The translations under genes were made by a program, and so were the position numbers. A stretch of 62,919 bases of DNA, the filler included, from Bigelowiella natans CCMP2755 (Eukaryota; Protista; Cercozoa): assembly GCA_000320545.1 (NCBI GenBank). It is 7 parts of 7 records of this genome, joined end to end, with 100 filler letters (N's around TTAATTAATTAA, not from the genome) between each part and the next. Parts side by side here need not be neighbours in the genome. Positions count along the whole stretch, not along the records: positions 1 to 29,946 come from ADNK01002708.1; 6 more parts are not named here. One strand, given 5' to 3'. A model generated the notes under the pieces. The model was not told where the DNA came from. It did not search any database and saw only the letters and a program-made list of their open reading frames with translations. Each line of letters opens with the position of its first letter. The stretch's first letter is position 1. Below are positions 1 through 13,038 of this stretch, one piece after another.

Positions 1-33
1 CTCATACGTATCTTCGTGATGATATATGATAAC

Positions 34-84
<51 letters not shown>

Positions 85-267
85 CGAGAGGGTGCAACAT
101 CCTTGTTTAATTACGGCGTATAAAGCTGATAGCTTTGCATATAAACATTGCAGCGACATGGCGAAAGATGGCGTCTCTACCAACACCTAGAAGTATGAAT
201 TAGTAGTAGATACAATATACATCTGCTTATCAACCACTGCGCCACAGAGCAATAGAAGTCATCATCT

Positions 268-318
<51 letters not shown>

Positions 319-456
319 CGAGAGAGAGAGCGAGAGCGAGGAGATTTAAGAACACGCAGTGATTCTGGACAATATACTTACATGTGCATGTGCAGCGCCA
401 ATTCTCATTCGTAAATATTGTAGTTTGAAGGAATACACATAAAACACACATATTAC

Positions 457-494
<38 letters not shown>

Positions 495-553
495 TGTGTG
501 TGTGTGTGTGTATTATATTGTATTCTTAATAATTTTTTGCTATCATCGATCAG

Positions 554-1323
554 TACATGCGAAAGCGGTCTTTCTGGACGGCAACGTATATGTGATAGGA
601 GGCTTCAACCAGAGGGTAGCAGCACCACCACCACCAGCAGCAGCAGCAGCAGCAAGATCACCATCCTTAACCAAACCCAACGGCCCGTGTTTACCTAGCC
701 AGCAGGATTTGGTCGAAACGCAGATCACTTTCGCACTGCGACACCGGCGCTCAGGCGTGTTTTCTAGCGCGGCGATAGCCGTGGACTTGCAAGTTGTGCG
801 CGCGCGTGTGTGGTTGCACACTACGCGCAACATGTGCGATGCAACGACCGACACGCGCGCGCGCGCGCGCGCTCTTGTCGCGAAAATAACTCTTTGTATC
901 TGTCACAGGGAACATTGAGCACAGTTGACGTGTACTGCCCAGAAAAGGACGAATGGATTGCCAATCAGGTTGGGAGAGAGAAGTGGAATGATAGCGCGTA
1001 GGAGAAAGATGCTGATGACCATGTTCATAATGAGTAGAACCGACGTGATGATGTTTTCTAAAGATAGAGAGAGATAGATTGATGGGGGGGGGGGAATGGG
1101 GGGCAAGTCCTCGTCAGAAGGAAACTCAAGTAAACAGCCTTAAAGCCGTTGCGTGTTAATACAACGTGATTGACATGGACAATGCCATGAGCGATGAGGA
1201 GAAGAGAAAGAACAACACAGAGCTTTACACGCGCTTCGATGCAAACTCTTAGTCGCGCATGAAGAACGCCCGCCATACCTTTGGAGTATGCACTTGGCTC
1301 GGCAAGATCTTTGTATTCGGTAA

Positions 1324-1362
<39 letters not shown>

Positions 1363-1437
1363 TTAGATAACCACTGCTCGCATCTCTAAGGGAAGAGGAA
1401 ATATTTGCCGTGCCATCCTGTTAATCTATGAGCATAC

Positions 1438-1479
<42 letters not shown>

Positions 1480-1861
1480 GCACATTAAAAACGACTTGAC
1501 AGGGCCGAGAGAACAGTGATGATGCGTGCCAAATGCAACGGCCAAATATTACCTTGTCGCAGAGCGAATACGAATCGTTGATTTTGCTTGGATTATTCGT
1601 AAATCAACACGCTGCTATTTAGAGAGTAAACACCTTTCCACTCACTCCATTTCTCCTATCACCGGTGCGTTCTTCCAGGCGGTTGCAATAATGAGTTTGA
1701 GGCGATGAAGAAGTACGTTCCTGCTGCTATCATTTATTGCTTATACATGCGTCGCTGCATACCTCCCCCTCCCCACCCCAAGTTATTTATCATTATTATT
1801 GCCGTCTGCACCGGACACAAGTTATCTTCCATCTTCGGAACAACGTTTACACACACACACA

Positions 1862-1939
<78 letters not shown>

Positions 1940-2177
1940 TCTTTATATATATGTGTGTAATATTTATACTATGTTGTAATATTCTAGCTGCGAGGTGTAC
2001 GACCCGGAGACGAGAGAGTGGACATCAATCGAGCCGCTGGTATAACGCGCTCTCACAACACGCATAACAGCCCACATACATATCGTAGTAAGTACAGTCG
2101 AGGGCCATTCCGCATAGAGCTTCCCTCCCCCGGGAAAATCACTGTTGTGCAATTCCAAACACAACAAAGAGAGCGAG

Positions 2178-2220
<43 letters not shown>

Positions 2221-3550
2221 AGAGGCGTTGGTATAGATACGAGGAGATGATAGAGGCGACCCACGGTAAGAATACCGAATTGCAGCAGGAGAAGGTTATC
2301 ATGGAACCTCTATGATCGCCGCACCCAACGACGACGTTCCGAGGGAACCGCTTTTGCTGCTTTGAGAAACACTTCGGTGGCTTGTGTTTCTGATGCCATT
2401 TGCCCGGGCTGAACTATCTTCTGTCTGATCAAACCATATTGTTCTTCCTCTGCGGCAATAGGATAAGGAAACAATGGGGGCCTCTAGCGTCGTTGTAAAC
2501 GGACAAATTTTGGTTATCCCCACCCCCCCCCCCACCCCCCCGTCCCCAATATTAGACTGCCAACCCATCGTAGAGAAGTCAATTGTACAGGGAATTTAAA
2601 TATATATATATATATACTATGAAGAATGTTTGTGCGCGCGCTCTCCATTTGCGCGTTGCAGATCAATGGTAGGATGACACATGCTAGGAATCGTTGACTC
2701 GACGTTTTTGTGATCATCATTACAGGTATTAGGCGGGCAGAACTCTCATGCCCCCACGGTCAGTATCGCACTCCATTCCTTTCTTGACGTCGATATTCAT
2801 ATCGTTTTTGTTAAATATTGACGAAGAATATCAACTTGATTGATATATCTCTCCTCTTACCCCCCCCCCCCCCCCCCTAGTCCCCCCTCCCCCCCTTTTT
2901 TTAAAAAAACAAAACTTCTGGTTTCTTAACATAATCTCGAATCGTCATCCTCCCCCTCCCCTCACAATAGCATGTTGTTGTTGTTGTTGCTGCTGCTGCT
3001 ACTCTAATCTTCCAATTATTCTTTCCAGGCGGTCTCGAATGCTGTTCGTACCTACGACCCTCGGTAACACGAAATAAGTGCATCAATGCGTTGTCCCGCC
3101 GCAAACCTTTCGACTACACATTTTCATAATCCTTATATCACCGGCAAAACAGTTTCTCCTGATCATCATTCTCACCCTACCAACGGCGTTTCTATTATTC
3201 CATGACCCCCCCCCACTTTCCCGGGGACCATAAATAGCAACAACTCATGGAGCACTGGAACAGAGATGCTTCACAGCAGGTAGGTGGTGGTGATGGTAGT
3301 AGTGCTGAGAGGCGGAAGAGAGGCGGAAGAGGCGAAAATGACTTTAGAACGCTCTCCCTCAATAGCTTGCTGCTGATTCGACGTTGCATTGACGAAAGAA
3401 CCTAAAGCGTATTTGTAAAGAAAGATAGATGTAGCAGTAGCAGCAGCAGCAACAGCAGTAGTAGTTGTAGTGGTGGTGGTAGCGAGGACCTTCTCGATGA
3501 GATGTTAGAGCCTCCCCCCCTCTCTCCTTTCGGCACGGTGTGTTGATCGA

Positions 3551-3611
<61 letters not shown>

Positions 3612-4148
3612 TCTTCGTGCATTCCCTTCCCGTCCCCCCAGATCGGACTTTGGCTGCGTTGCGCTGCCGCACTCAGTCTTTGCGTTTGCTGGAGATCAGG
3701 GCAATAATGTAAGGATGTAATTAGCTCGAGTGGTAGAAGGGGCCATGGCAGCAGTGGTTGCAGCAGTAGAGCAGCAGTAGTAGGAGTAAGGGGAGGAGAT
3801 GGGAGGAGGAGATGGGAGGAGGAGATGGGAGGAGGAGATTCGAGAAAGTAGCTGACACCCTAATACTCGGCTTCCTAAAGATCAGACTAGAATATCCGCT
3901 TGCTAGTTCCGTCAAACGCTTCAATTCGCGACTTTATTTCCGCCTTATTTGCATAATTAACAATTTCCTTGAGAAGGGGGGCGATGTTTCCAGTGATGGA
4001 GAGATCTCCGTGCTGTTGCGCGCACGTGACTTTTGTTTATTTCTCTAGTATCTGATGTCAGCGGAGCGATTTGACTTTGGTGACAGTAAATGGACTCAGT
4101 TAGGTTAAGTGTGTGCGTGTAATATTCGTGTTATATCACATATGTATC

Positions 4149-4216
<68 letters not shown>

Positions 4217-4741
4217 TGTGTGTGTTGTAAGGTACAAATACTCTGCCATATATTAAGAAGTATTTAAATGTTAAAAATAACTCACTTGTGTGTCAATCAA
4301 ACTAGGCGAATGCGGGACTCCGAGGAGCGGATTTGGCTTTTTTTACTACAAGGGGTCGCTATTTAGAAGATCTTAATTTATACCTATCTTCATTTATATA
4401 GTAGGAAAAACGAATAGCCGAACATATTATATAAGGTTATTAGATGCAATATAACATATGTTTAACTTAATCTGAAAAGGAGTATATATGCGCTGGGCGG
4501 ATACGCGGCTGAGCGTTTGTCAAGTTCGGAAAGATTGGAAATAAGGTTCATATTTACTGTAGTTATACTGGGAAGACATGACCATAGTAAGGATGATGTG
4601 GCGTGGTAGTTCGTTCGGCACAACTTGATGATTAATCACGACGCATGCAACGTTAAAACTGATTCGTGAGATTTCGATCACTCTCCTTACCAACTCGTAA
4701 CAATCGCGCACCAACCCACCCCGCTCTCTCTCTCCCTCTCA

Positions 4742-4789
<48 letters not shown>

Positions 4790-4831
4790 ATGTATGTATG
4801 TATGCATGTCTGTGGTGTGTGTGTCTGTGTG

Positions 4832-4867
<36 letters not shown>

Positions 4868-4958
4868 AAGTGGAAAGTGGTATGATATACCGGACCTTCC
4901 AACCGAGCGCTCCGGGCACTGTTGTGTCTCGTATGAAACGTTATCTTCGAAAGGGTAG
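554..4958 (+). CDS. Kelch-repeat protein (5' end upstream of window or unresolved; about 13 small exons)
   Basis: Spliced exons read in frame as kelch blades: VHAKAVFLDGNVYVIGGFNQR|GTLSTVDVYCPEKDEWIANQ|SRMKNARHTFGVCTWLGKIFVFG|GCNNEFEAMK|NCEVYDPETREWTSIEPL...VLGGQNSHAPT|AVSNAVRTYDPR|...IYALGGYAAERLSSSERLEI|..KWYDIPDLPTERSGHCCVSY. TAG at 4956-4958. Confidence 0.88.
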
Positions 4959-5618
4959 TTGCGGAGCTCAGCAACTAGACAAGAGCTCATTGGTCTAGTA
5001 CAATTCTAGAGTTCGTGCTATGCTAGTATGTATAGAACACTAAAGATGGTGGACACGTACGACAAGACATCAAATCATTTGAATTATTCAGCCGAATCAC
5101 ATTGCTTCGCTTCCACCTTGAATTGAGCAGCACGGGTTCTTTGCAGCCGGCAAAGATCTAGAAATTTTGCATAGCACTAGACATGAGCATGTGCTACTGC
5201 TGTAGATCTCTAGATCTAGAGACATGCTAGCATGCAATGACTCGATGGAAATGCTATATTGGCATTTCTAGCTGTACGAGCCTAGCTAGCTAGTTAGCTT
5301 GCGCTAGCTACACCATCAAAGGCAATCACGTCTCAATGACAATGTAGCAGGCTAGCAGGCTAGCAGGGAACACTAGAACAAAAGGGCGTTCATCACACCA
5401 GTCGCACGCGCAACACATCTAGACATCGCAAGCCACATGGTAGCACGAGTCTGTGCCTGCTCATGAATCCATTGACACTACTTAGTTATCTAGCAATGTC
5501 TAGATGCCACAAGCAACATGAAAATGTCACAAAGCTTGAGGTTGTGCTGCAACAATGGAATTACTTTGTGTAGCTGTGCTTCATCATCAATGGATGTGTG
5601 CGCACATCCATCTAGTCT

Positions 5619-5709
5619 ATGACTAATGGGACCCTGAACTATGGCTAAATCAACTGGTGAACATGACTAATGGGACCCTGAACTATGGCTAAATCAACTG
5701 GTGAACATG
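5619..5709. repeat. Perfect tandem duplication of a 44-bp unit, just downstream of the stop of the minus-strand 7TM-like gene
   Basis: atgactaatgggaccctgaactatggctaaatcaactggtgaac at 5619-5662 and 5663-5706. A small hairpin (atggatgtg/cacatccat) precedes it at 5590-5611. Confidence 0.9.
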
Positions 5710-5767
5710 CTGGTACATCATTCATGATGTTCTCATGTTGAGAGCTTACTTGATTCACATCTCTACT

Positions 5768-7448
5768 TCAGATGTTTGCATTCTGCGTGCATCTGGCAAG
5801 TGACCACGGTCCTCCGAAATTCCATAAAACTAAACCGTTGAAAAGAAGGATTCCCAAGATTGTTGCTGTAACGATTGGGTTCCACACATTGTCCTGATAT
5901 GCTTCATTTCGGCTGTCACTCTGGCGTTTACTGCTTCGAATCAGTGCAAATGCATTGATCCCTGATAGAATGGGGGCTAAAATTCCCAGGATAGTCCAGA
6001 CACATAGAGTTATCTGTAGCTTCCTTACTACAGCCTCTAGCTTTCCCAGCTCGTGTGCTCTCCTCCTCTTGAAAGTCATAACTATTTTAGAACGACTGCT
6101 TTTATAGGAACTGTAAGTGCCTTCATCCTTAATTTTCGCTGCTGTGATCATTGGTAACCTGGAAAGGGTTGAATCAGCGGTAGATGATGCTGCCGCTGCT
6201 GTATCCTCAATGCGAGGCGAATTGCGTCGTTGCTGTGGCTGTTGCTGTTGCTGCTGCATTAACCTCTCTGGATTATTTGCTATTGGATTCGTCGTCATCA
6301 TTGTCGATGCATTGCTAGATCCCAATTCGATGCCATCATTTTTGTTATTCTTATCGTAACTTTCTTTGCTACTATTGTTTGCAAGGGCGGTGGAAGCGGC
6401 ATCTTGTTTATTTTCATCGATTTGGAACTCTTTTGAATCGCACTCGGATTTTTCTCCCTCCTTTTGGGCCATAATAGATAGAGGTCTTGTCGCAAATTGC
6501 GCTCGAAGTGCTCGCAAATGTTCACATACTTTGATGTAGAGGATTATAATCACCCGCATCATGTATGGAGTCAGCCAAAAATGTAGTACAGTGATGGCTG
6601 CAAATAGAATCCCTTGTAATCTGATCTCGTCTGTAATAATAACAGCTGACAACATAGGGAAAACAAATAAGATATTATTAAATCCTGTTTTTTAATGCTG
6701 CCCTCCCGGAGTACTTACTCCTCTTTTGCACTGCGGCCTCCATCAGGACATGTTAAATTTTGTTTGGTCATCAGTTGCTCTTCTATTACCTATTATCTTT
6801 TCAAGTTTTCTATTTTTCACTATCTAGACATCTAGTTACCAAATTACCAATAGAGGAGGTTGTGAAGGCTGCAATCATGTAACCGGTTGCCAAACGGAAG
6901 AGCAAGTGAATGTTCTGGGGAATTTGAGCACTAAGTTTCACTGATGCATAGGCGGCTTCGGCAATTACTCTACCGTAATATCGATTAAAGAAAGTTATAC
7001 TACATCTGCGATCGAATTTTGCGTTTTAAGGAGGACACCTGACATAGGTCAACGCTGTGCACCAGACCGTTGCCTACGTATCGGAACGCGGTTACAAAAG
7101 GAATGAAAGCTACAGTTGATGTTGTATGGAACAAAACAAAATGTAACCTACCCCACATACTCCGAAGAATGCAACCCATACTTTGCGTGAGATCACAACA
7201 AACCCTCTTGGAAGCCCAAGCACCGAAGGAATGTATGTTGCAGATATTAAAAGCGAACACCTACAATCTCAACAACGTGAGTTAATCCTTATTTCAATCT
7301 AGATACTCATGTACCACAGGAAGTTCGTCTTAACTGTGTTCTTGCGACAGGTGAGACCTCCAATTGCATAGAGGCGCGCAACAGCAATCACAGCGAATAG
7401 GAAGGCTACGATGGCCAAAGCAAGATCCAATACGGTGGTTCCCACCAT
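5768..7448 (-). CDS. Multi-pass (about 7TM, GPCR-like topology) membrane protein with a long polar loop before the last two TMs; short introns
   Basis: Hydrophobic segments (LDLALAIVAFLFAVIAV; LQGILFAAITVLHFWLTPYMMRVIIILYI; ITLCVWTILGILAPILSGINAFALI; IVTATILGILLFNGLVLW) with a roughly 170-aa Q/S/N-rich loop ending in basic residues. Introns are about 50 nt. Confidence 0.6.
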
Positions 7449-7948
7449 GACCACGTTTGGGAAAACTCCAAAAATGCAAGATTGGATGAGGGTCCCTCGG
7501 GTCGGCTCTGTTTCTTTTCCTTTGCTGCGCATTAGACGACGGTGAACACTCTCCAACTTAGTGGTGCTGGTCGAGGTATTTCTAAAAATAAAAAGGAACA
7601 ATTTTCCGTAAATCATCTCCGAAAATACATGCGCTGCTCATTCTACGACTTCAACAGTTCGTAGTCTCATCCCAAAAAAGGCATGTCATGGACGCCATCT
7701 TGCGCAGGTTCGGCTGGAGCATAGAGTAATCTGAAAGTTGGGTCAGTGCCGTTGAACGCAACGTGAATCGGGTGGCATTTTTCACTTTAAAATATGAACA
7801 AGACCAATTTCTTGAACAAAATCGGCTTCAATACAATACATGAGCACTGAGAGAGCTTCGAAGTTAGAGCTGAACATTGGTTTTGATGCTAGGGTGATTT
7901 TATCCTTGAGACAACTTCGAGAATCATGTTCCTATTTTTCTGTTATAG

Positions 7949-8930
7949 GATGTCGCACCTCAAGAACGCATTGCATTTATTAAGCTGGGCACGTCGTAAC
8001 TCCCACACTTCTAAAGATTACTGGTGGGGAGCACTTTTTAGGGATGGCTTCGTTGTTAGTGGGGAAATAATTATGCAATGGCCATAGGTCATATGTCCAG
8101 TTGTAGATCAATACTGTTCTTATTGGAGGACCTTATCTTACAGTTTTGTCACATCAATTGCGAAATCTTCAACTTAAAGTAAGGGATAATAAATAAAGGA
8201 GCACATTTACATTGAATTCACATCAGCATTAATTACAGATTAAAAAGTGCTAGCCTAAAAAGTGTAGGGCATAAAATGAATTTTGTTTCTCATCAGAAGA
8301 ATAATGAATAAAGAAACCCTTCTTTCTGATATCAAGTATATTGAGATAATTCTTGATGCGAAGGCCAAAGACTTAGCACATAAAAAAGTTCAAAATGCAT
8401 CTTTAACTCGACAGCTCCATGCGATGCAGACACTACAAAAGGTGAGCAACTCTAGCTGAACATAATGTATTCTCTATTGTAATGTATTCTTAACGATGAA
8501 GCTATGTAATCAGACTCTTCAACTTCAAATTGTGGATTTGAAAAAAGCACTCTGTTCAGCGAAAACCGATTACCAGAAGAAATTAGTGTCGTTGGAAGAC
8601 GAAATAAGGAATTTGAAAAAAGAAATTCAAGGGGTTCGAAAAAGAAAGACGTCGATATCGGCTCATAAAACTGACGAGGTATATCTCCTTATATTCTCTG
8701 GAAATTGAAATCATAACCCAACCTAGCATCAACCCTCACAAATGATTTTTAGAAGGTTTCTCCTAATGACAAATTCGAGGGAGAAGACAATATTAGCAAA
8801 TTTGAAGATAAACAAAAGAGAATCAAGTCGCAGTTTGTATTACCTCATGAAAAAGGCAATATCACAAAGTCTGCTGATAATGCTCGTGAGTGAGATTAGC
8901 ATGCATAGAATTGCCCACACACTATTGTGA
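7949..8930 (+). CDS. Coiled-coil hypothetical protein (short introns; ends approximate)
   Basis: Exons such as LCNQTLQLQIVDLKKALCSAKTDYQKKLVSLEDEIRNLKKEIQGVRKRK are bounded by AG/GT. Confidence 0.45.
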
Positions 8931-9753
8931 AGACTAGAAAATTTTTTACCTCGATATTGTGCCGCTATATTTCATGCATATCACATATCACAGCCTTAAG
9001 TTTGGTACTCCTAAAATAGCAGGATTTTGCTATGTACGAGTTATGTTTTGAGCTGATATGTTTATTAAAGTGTTGCTCTTGATTGAAAGCCTCAGCTAGA
9101 TTAGATATAATTATATGTTGCAGATAAAATGATTAACAAATATTATGAGTAGCTATCATGCATTCCCGAAATTCCTGCGATGGCGATTGATGTTCTCGCC
9201 CATTGCCGCCACAACCAATAGTAGGAGCTACGTCACTGTCATCGCGTTCGCTACTAAAACTATTTTTAGCTCATTGTTGCAGCGATCCCTTGGATAGCAG
9301 TTCATGTGCACTATGCATGGCTATCATTTTATTTCATGAGTGTACACTGTAATGCATTTCTTTGAGTTTGTACCTACTTATTGATAGCTAACTATTTTGA
9401 TTTGCTTGCGCATAGGCCAATCTACGACTGCCAAGCTGTCATCTTCACAGCTATGTGATGTACATCGCCACATCGTTTACAAGTAAATGATACGAAGATA
9501 TAATAGTAATCTAATATGTAGCAAAAAATCATGTGCTGCAGCATGCAGCCAAGGATCATTGCGACTCACACTGATAATAGGATATAGGGTACGGAGAGAA
9601 TAATCACAACGTGCATTTTATTTTTTAAGACAACTGCATTTATGCTGGGTATCATTGTTTACATACTTCAGAGAAACTCTAATTGAGAATTTAATGCAGA
9701 TAAACGGAAGAATCTACGCACAGCTCATAAAATCAAAATGATTTGCCATCATC

Positions 9754-10686
9754 CTAAGTCAACGATTTGTACACACGGAGAATTTGAGCTCTCGTAAGCT
9801 GTCCTGGCGCAGTCCCATTAGCATTGTCGGGAGCAATGAATGTAAAGGGGGCACCTAGTAGAGGTCCAGTGATTCGGCTCAGTTTCCCCTGCGATCCCAT
9901 AGCAATTGCTACAACTGGTTTGTTGCAGTCCATTACTGAAATTACCCGACAAACATCCAAAGGTGTGTGTGCATATACTGCCACCTTAGCAATATCAGCC
10001 CCGTGCTCGAAGCACTTATCACGAAGAGAAAGGAGCTCGGCGGATTTAGGGGTACACGTAAAGTTGTGGTAAGAAATAATGACATTACATCCCTTCATCT
10101 TTGCGGCGCGGATAATCTCTTCACGGTAGTTCTGAGGAGCTTCAACCTCTACATCGACAAAGTTTGCTCCGCACTGAATTGCATCCAGCAATTTTTGTTT
10201 ACGGTTATGTGAAAAATCATCTACATCCTTCGAAATCTTTCTGCATGTTGCAATTATTGGAACAGAGACATTAAAGAGCCAATCCATGCGGCCCGACTCA
10301 TGGATCATATCCAGCCTTAATTCCACCATTTCGTGCCCCTCCATCAGAGCCAGGCACTCTTCAATAGTCTTCGCTCCGATGCTCACACACAATTTTCCTC
10401 GATTCTGCTGTGGGGGTGGACAAGCGGGTTCAAAAGCCGAGGCTGTTCGGGAGGTACGGGAAATGGTGCCTTTAGCCGGTAAAATAAGCTGCAAGTTAGC
10501 CTGATTTATCCACCCTGGGGTTATCAGGGATAGCCCTCTACGGTGCATACTATAATTATAGTGTCTGCGTCCGATGTCTTTTAGGAGTCCTTCTCCTGCA
10601 AAGGCCAAAATTGCAATGACAGCGGCCACTACTGCCACGATATGGAAGCTTCCCCGCATCCCGGAACGATTATTTCCCGACCTCAT
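9754..10686 (-). CDS. aroD: Type I 3-dehydroquinate dehydratase with bipartite (signal + transit) plastid leader; intronless
   Basis: Motifs LCVSI, VELRLD, IIATCR, GANFVDVE, VIISYHNF, GADIAKVA (Schiff-base Lys), AIAMG..GKLSRI and TAPGQL. N-terminal hydrophobic stretch IVAVVAAVIAILAFAG followed by an R/S/T-rich linker. Confidence 0.93.
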   Translation of the reverse strand: MRSGNNRSGMRGSFHIVAVVAAVIAILAFAGEGLLKDIGRRHYNYSMHRRGLSLITPGWINQANLQLILPAKGTISRTSRTASAFEPACPPPQQNRGKLCVSIGAKTIEECLALMEGHEMVELRLDMIHESGRMDWLFNVSVPIIATCRKISKDVDDFSHNRKQKLLDAIQCGANFVDVEVEAPQNYREEIIRAAKMKGCNVIISYHNFTCTPKSAELLSLRDKCFEHGADIAKVAVYAHTPLDVCRVISVMDCNKPVVAIAMGSQGKLSRITGPLLGAPFTFIAPDNANGTAPGQLTRAQILRVYKSLT

Positions 10687-10844
10687 ATTTCTCCCCTAGA
10701 TTGAAAAGGCCTTCTCATTGCACAGCACTGGTGGATGTGCCCGGTGCTTCTATTTTCTTGCGTTTCACTGCTTGGGTTGGCTATCCGACGCTTCTGAACC
10801 CAGGGACGGCCCGATCGCTGGAGACCCCGATTCACTTTAATTTT

Positions 10845-12021
10845 ATGCAAATATCCACGTCGTACCTCAAAAATCCCCTGACAATCTCTTTGTCTCTGCA
10901 GATAAATCGCATGTATTATCGCTGAAATTGGCACGTGAAGGCGCGAAGCTGTATTGTAGAGCACCGCGCCCCCTTCTTCAAAAACCCCACGGAGCACTTC
11001 ACTGCATTTCTTGCTAATCTAGCCTTTTCACTTACTCCTGTAGAATTGCACTGCTGTATTCATTGGGATGGCACAGTTAGCGAGAAATGCCTTAAGTGTC
11101 GCCAATGCTCCAGCTTATAACCCAATCACAGGCACTGAGGTGATCCCCATCTTGACCTCCACAATCATATTCCATTTCAGCAGCTTTGGGAATTTCTTTG
11201 CCATAAAATGCAGCTGATCATCTCTTCAATTTCTAATTAATTTTTGCACCCAGGAGCCGAAATGGTGGGTTATATTGACCCGTACGATCGTGTTCACCAC
11301 ATCTTCCGCCATAATTCTCCATCACATTCTGACGCTGTACAGGAATCAAGCAAGAGGTATCTTCAATTATCAGAAGCTGTTTAATTGCTGTATGTTATGG
11401 TGTGGTATTCAATTCTAGGGTTTGTATATTTACTGGGATTTTCATTCTACTGGAAGGTGAGCCGTAACCACTTCACCGTAATACTTCACCGTGTAATCAA
11501 TTGTCATTAGTAGATTTTTTTTCAGGTGTACTTTGTAATGATCTTCTTCGCCATCTATGGATTGGTCTCTTCCATTTTTATATTCTCCTCATATCTGGTA
11601 TTAAGTTGCTTGTAGTTTCCACTAAAAATAACTTTTTGTAGTATTAACCAAAGCAATTTCGTCCTGTATTGCCGATTACAGATCTAACGATCTTAACAAT
11701 GATGTATGCATGCTGCATGCATACCTAGATTCACCTCCACGGAGAAATTGCAAAAAAGAAAAAAGAAAAAAAAACCCTTGAGAAGGAGGTGGAAAAGTAT
11801 CGAGACAAATACGAAAAGATCCAAAAGGTGAGAATTTTTACTCATCTTTACCCTGCAGCAGCATCTGATGTTTCCTTGTGGACTACATGCAACAGGAAGC
11901 GAACAAAATTCATGTATCATATCCGATGGATAAGCTTGTCGAAAAGTTCACAAATATTGCAGAACACTCTTACGTGCCTGGTGTACTACAAGCCCGGATG
12001 AGGCGGGCGACACCAAGCTAG
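10845..12021 (+). CDS. BAP31/BAP29-like ER membrane protein (TMs followed by a coiled coil); very short introns
   Basis: Exons give IACIIAEIG...NQARGIFNYQKLFNC|WFVYLLGFSFYWK|VYFVMIFFAIYGL...KKEKKTLEKEVEKYRDKYEKIQK|EANKIH. A 29-nt GT-AG intron lies at 11390-11418. Family assigned from architecture only. Confidence 0.45.
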
Positions 12022-13038
12022 CCACGCGCTTCTTGGATTTTGCGATGTGCCATACTTGTCTGCAAGTCGACCCTTGGTCAAATTGCTAATAGAGTGATAA
12101 TGACAGTTGCTGTCGTACTACACAATGTTGTTTACAACTAGCTAACACAGTGAATTAACCCGAGTACGACCACACCAGACTTTGCTGGAACAATTTGGGA
12201 CAATTAGGCGAGTCCATTGTTGTATGATTACTGTGCGAAGAATTGCGGCACTTGTATATTGTTCGTGCTACCTTGCATGTGTGCGTGCAGAAAGAGGACT
12301 CATGCACGAGAATCAGGCAAATCTAGAAATGTCTAGATGTACAAACACGACAGCAATCGCGATCTATCGCTTTAGCGAGGAGCTGTTTCTTCCGCAATAT
12401 GTCTTTTACGCTACACTAGCTTAGTCATTACCTTATTAGGCACGTGCATATCAATGCTACGACGACGCATGCTAGTTCTTGCATACGGTAATGATAAGTT
12501 AGAGGGTAGTAGTGGTGGCGGTGCGTATCAGTCACCATCACGTACGCGTTGCGGTGTCAGCAGGTCAGAGCAGGTACGCTAGTACGGTGTGTGCATGTCC
12601 AGCATGTGATATATTCGTCACATCATTTTGTCACTTTTACATATCAGTTTCATTGTGGCACTTTCGGCATTCACTCATAGCCGTTCATGCGGGCGCTTCG
12701 TTCGATTCAGCAAGGATCTTCAGTCGCTCTGACGATCCCACTCGTCGGAGGCGTAACAACGTAACATCCTCGAATCATCGATTCAATAGCACGGCATAGA
12801 TGTAACTTTGCCATTTAATGTTGATTGTAATTCAAAATTCTGATAACAGAGCTGCACAATGAACAGGACTGGACTACACCCCAATCGCAAACAGTTTGGA
12901 TTGGCATCCTGTGCACAAAAACTAACTTTTGCAAGTGTTTATCTTTACGCTTTGTTGCATAAACCATGTACAGCATATTTCTGCATGTTCTATACATAAA
13001 TTTTTCTGAGCCAAAAGATAGCGCAAGCCATATCTGTC

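Noticed and set aside
459-511. Strikingly uniform microsatellite lengths (about 30-40 nt) across the window
   Set aside because: This probably reflects assembler collapse to k-mer or read limits, so the lengths are not trustworthy.
230-3622. Numerous ORF-track entries made of LSLS, HTHT, YIYI, ERER or CVCV runs throughout the window
   Set aside because: They are translations of intronic microsatellites, not proteins.
5619-5709. 44-bp direct repeat as a CRISPR-like array
   Set aside because: Only two adjacent copies with no spacer, in a eukaryotic context; it is a simple tandem duplication.
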